From Clostridia bacterium (GTDB lineage Bacteria; Bacillota; Clostridia; UBA1212; DUPL01): a DNA stretch of 64,000 nucleotides. Below the pieces are notes generated by a model. That model did not search any database. It worked only from the letters and a program-made list of their open reading frames with translations, and was not told the DNA's origin. Positions 61,270-64,000 of the stretch are shown here, piece by piece; the first letter of the stretch is position 1, and each line of letters begins with the position of its first letter. The stretch lies in contig JBMNIW010000002.1 of NCBI GenBank assembly GCA_050951325.1, positions 1 to 64,000 of the forward strand, read 5' to 3'. The position numbers and the translations under genes were made by a program.

Positions 61270-64000
61270 TTACTTCTTTTTTTTATGTAACATTGCAGAC
61301 AATCTTAACAGTATCAAGGAAAGAAACAAAACAAGATATACTGTATATGAATGATTGACTACCTCAACCTTTTCAAGTCCACCCAGAAGTACAATGTCAA
61401 ACACTTCGATGCTGGAATCATCAATATTGCCAAAGGCTATCCTGCCCTGCTTGAAGGTTGAGTCAGTTGCTTCAAAGAGCTTTCTACCGGACAGGAACAC
61501 ATCGAAACCATCCTCATTCACTGTCATGGTAAACTGATAAAAATTATTTCTATGTATGGGAACTACAACACTGTTTATTATGTCAGTCTTGTCGTCCTGT
61601 TTTTTAAGAAGATTTATCCTTCCGTCCTCTATTTCCAATATGTATCCATTGTCGTTTTCATCCAATCTTGCTGCCAGCTCAATCTTGTCATCCTGGCCTA
61701 TTGAAAATATGAAGGATATGGTTCCATTGTCAAATTCGATTCCAGCTTCATTAAAGGTCTCAAGTTCACCTTTGTACAGCAAAGGCATTCTAATATTTTT
61801 GTATTTGTCTCCACAGTAGATTATCTTTGAACTCAATGTTTCAATATCCAGTTTTACACTAGTAACATTCTCCCCGTATAGTTTATGATTCTTGTACTCG
61901 GGGACTGTTATCTCACCGGTATGAGGATCCAAAAGAACAGGATGGTGTTTTCCTTTAAGGACTACGCTTCCTGAAAAATTGTCGCTGCCTGTGTTTGCAA
62001 TAAAGTAGATGTCTTCCTTTTCCGTTTTCCTATGAATGTATGTAACGATACTTTTGTAAGAATCATCATTCGTATTAATTGCAACATCCCTGACCTTTAT
62101 TGCCTCATTAACAGCCAACTCCAACAAATCAATGTTTTTAAAATAGTCATTAGTTCCGTAATCATAGGAACATATGAAGTACGCTTGTCCTCCATTTTTG
62201 TTGGTATTTTTGTATATGTTTCCCTTTGCTGAAGTGGAATATATGTCGGTACCAAAAATATGTTCGATTATTTCCTTTGCTTCATTGTCTTTTCCCTTTT
62301 CAGCGGTTTTTGTTGGAAGTGTGTATGTAGCAATAATTTTGCCTCCCTTGTCGTAGTATTCTTTCAATACATCCAATGTTTCCATACTAATTACTTCACA
62401 TCCAGTCAGGATAATGAGTGAATACTTGTCTATACCGTTTTTCTGGATATAGTCCGGATGCAGATACATGAAATCCAATTGCAGATCCTGATGTAGAAAC
62501 TCTCCTATGTCAATATAGTCGGCATAAGGGATGTTTTCTCTTGAATTGTTGCCTGGTGTATATGCATAATTCAAGGTTTCTATAGGATAAACAACTCCTA
62601 CGTCAACAACGGTTTCGCCTCTTTGAAGCAGGGTATTCAGTCTGGTTATGAGAGTGTTCAGTCCTGGCACGTACTTTGCCAGTTGACTCTTGTTAAATAA
62701 ATCGTTGTTGCTCATGTTTTCACTTGAGTTGTATATTGAACTCAGATAAACATGGTTGATACCCTTGGAGTATGTCTCCAGAATAGTCCTGTACATTGTA
62801 TTTCTATCAATTATTTCATACGGACTGAACAAATTTGCTCCTGTCAAGTTCTTTCCATAATTGTATGATGCGGAGCTTACAAGTTTAATATATTTTTTTG
62901 ATACTGCGTAATTAGATAATCCATCAAATACCGGCACATCTATGTATTTGAAGAATTTGATAAAGTCTCCGCAGTATTCAGTTGGCACAAGAGAATCGAA
63001 CGCATAAGGGTTCCCCATGAGTCTGATTTTGCTGTCGCTTGCAAACTCATTCATTGCTTTAAGGAATCCTTCGATAAGTAGTTCGGTTCTTAAGGAATAC
63101 AAAGCTGTTTTGGAAGATGCATAATCTTCTCCTATGTCATAAACAAGGGCGGGATAAAGAAGTGTGGGTTTGAATCCGTACTTTTCCTCAAATTTCTCGT
63201 TATAGTCTTCTGCCCATGCAATACCGCCATCAATATTGGCTATATTGATATTTGCCATGTATGCAGTGTCTATTGTATCAGGAAAATATTCAGGATAATT
63301 GTATACAAAATTTTTGTAACTGACTTCTATAAATTTTTTGGAAGCATCATTTGAAAGAAAGTTCACGGAGCAGGTTTTTTTAAGCAGCTCGTTTTCCACT
63401 TTTCTAAGCATAAAAAACAGAACCTTCCAATCACCGGAACCTTTTGGGGCAGTTACAGAAAGTTTTCCGTCCTGTACAAACTCTGTCAAGTCATTCAGTG
63501 CCTTTGTTTCAATATTCATGCCAACTATGGACATGACTTTTCCTTGAGGTACTTTAAATTCTACTGTTTCACCATCCGATAGAGGAAGTTCTTCCAAAAA
63601 CAGAAACTCCATGCTGTATTCCTCATATTTTTCAAGAAAGATGTTTGTGACATGAGCAAGATTTGTAAAGTCAAAGTATATTGATACTTTGGAATCATTC
63701 ATATTTACAACATTCAGAATGTTTCTGAAAAAAGAGTCAAACTCCTGGGTTCCAGGATACGGCTCTGTTGAAAAATCAGATAAAAAAGCATATCCGTTCC
63801 ACATACTGGTTTCGGATACTTTTGTGATGTTGTCATTGAAATCACTCTTATTTATCTTTCCATTCAACACATATGTAGCTCTTGCAGTTTTTTCTATGGA
63901 TGGGTATAAAAAGTTTTCAATATCGTCTCCGTATTCGTATCCAGATACGGTCGTTAACATGCTTGACAAGATAACGACCGTAACTATATATATTAGAAGT
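61270..64000 (-). CDS. membrane-anchored GH106 (alpha-L-rhamnosidase)-like protein, start lies beyond window end
   Basis: Frame open to 64000 with hydrophobic signal segment; FEEKYGF, KLVSSAS, GINH, DVGVVYP, IHRK..DIYFIAN, LDPHTG; C-terminal TM plus KKKK. Confidence 0.6.
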   Translation of the reverse strand, partial: LLIYIVTVVILSSMLTTVSGYEYGDDIENFLYPSIEKTARATYVLNGKINKSDFNDNITKVSETSMWNGYAFLSDFSTEPYPGTQEFDSFFRNILNVVNMNDSKVSIYFDFTNLAHVTNIFLEKYEEYSMEFLFLEELPLSDGETVEFKVPQGKVMSIVGMNIETKALNDLTEFVQDGKLSVTAPKGSGDWKVLFFMLRKVENELLKKTCSVNFLSNDASKKFIEVSYKNFVYNYPEYFPDTIDTAYMANINIANIDGGIAWAEDYNEKFEEKYGFKPTLLYPALVYDIGEDYASSKTALYSLRTELLIEGFLKAMNEFASDSKIRLMGNPYAFDSLVPTEYCGDFIKFFKYIDVPVFDGLSNYAVSKKYIKLVSSASYNYGKNLTGANLFSPYEIIDRNTMYRTILETYSKGINHVYLSSIYNSSENMSNNDLFNKSQLAKYVPGLNTLITRLNTLLQRGETVVDVGVVYPIETLNYAYTPGNNSRENIPYADYIDIGEFLHQDLQLDFMYLHPDYIQKNGIDKYSLIILTGCEVISMETLDVLKEYYDKGGKIIATYTLPTKTAEKGKDNEAKEIIEHIFGTDIYSTSAKGNIYKNTNKNGGQAYFICSYDYGTNDYFKNIDLLELAVNEAIKVRDVAINTNDDSYKSIVTYIHRKTEKEDIYFIANTGSDNFSGSVVLKGKHHPVLLDPHTGEITVPEYKNHKLYGENVTSVKLDIETLSSKIIYCGDKYKNIRMPLLYKGELETFNEAGIEFDNGTISFIFSIGQDDKIELAARLDENDNGYILEIEDGRINLLKKQDDKTDIINSVVVPIHRNNFYQFTMTVNEDGFDVFLSGRKLFEATDSTFKQGRIAFGNIDDSSIEVFDIVLLGGLEKVEVVNHSYTVYLVLFLSLILLRLSAMLHKKKK

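Noticed and set aside
63975-64000. dif-like sequence (ACTTCTAATATATATAGTT on - strand)
   Set aside because: Lies within a signal-peptide coding frame and lacks the XerD arm

Overview
Low-GC Firmicute (Clostridia-like) chromosomal window. The first ~3.3 kb is AT-rich mobile DNA. It carries a small MGE-type hypothetical gene and a TnpI-like tyrosine recombinase preceded by a complete Tn4430-type internal resolution site (IR1-IR2-DR1-DR2). It also carries a GIY-YIG nuclease fusion and an array of TnsB-type binding repeats ending in ...ACA at 3227, with an inverted partner end starting TGT at 2759, i.e. Tn7/Tn5053-like transposon ends. After a surface glycoside hydrolase, tRNA-Thr and an IS1634/yczE deletion scar, the rest is mostly housekeeping genes. 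These are tsaE-tsaB-rimI, the GGGtGRT pair, proBA, PBP1A, valS, murG, tyrS, iscSU, xerC, glyA, rarA, rnhB, rbgA, eno, tRNA-His and tRNA-Gln. They are interspersed with several large, poorly characterised secreted glycoside-hydrolase-like genes (one fused to a sugar-binding protein), a VanZ/B12-radical-SAM/methyltransferase operon and an ECF sigma cassette. Seven single-base frameshifts in five genes look like long-read indel errors. All family calls come from motif recognition by eye; no searches were run.
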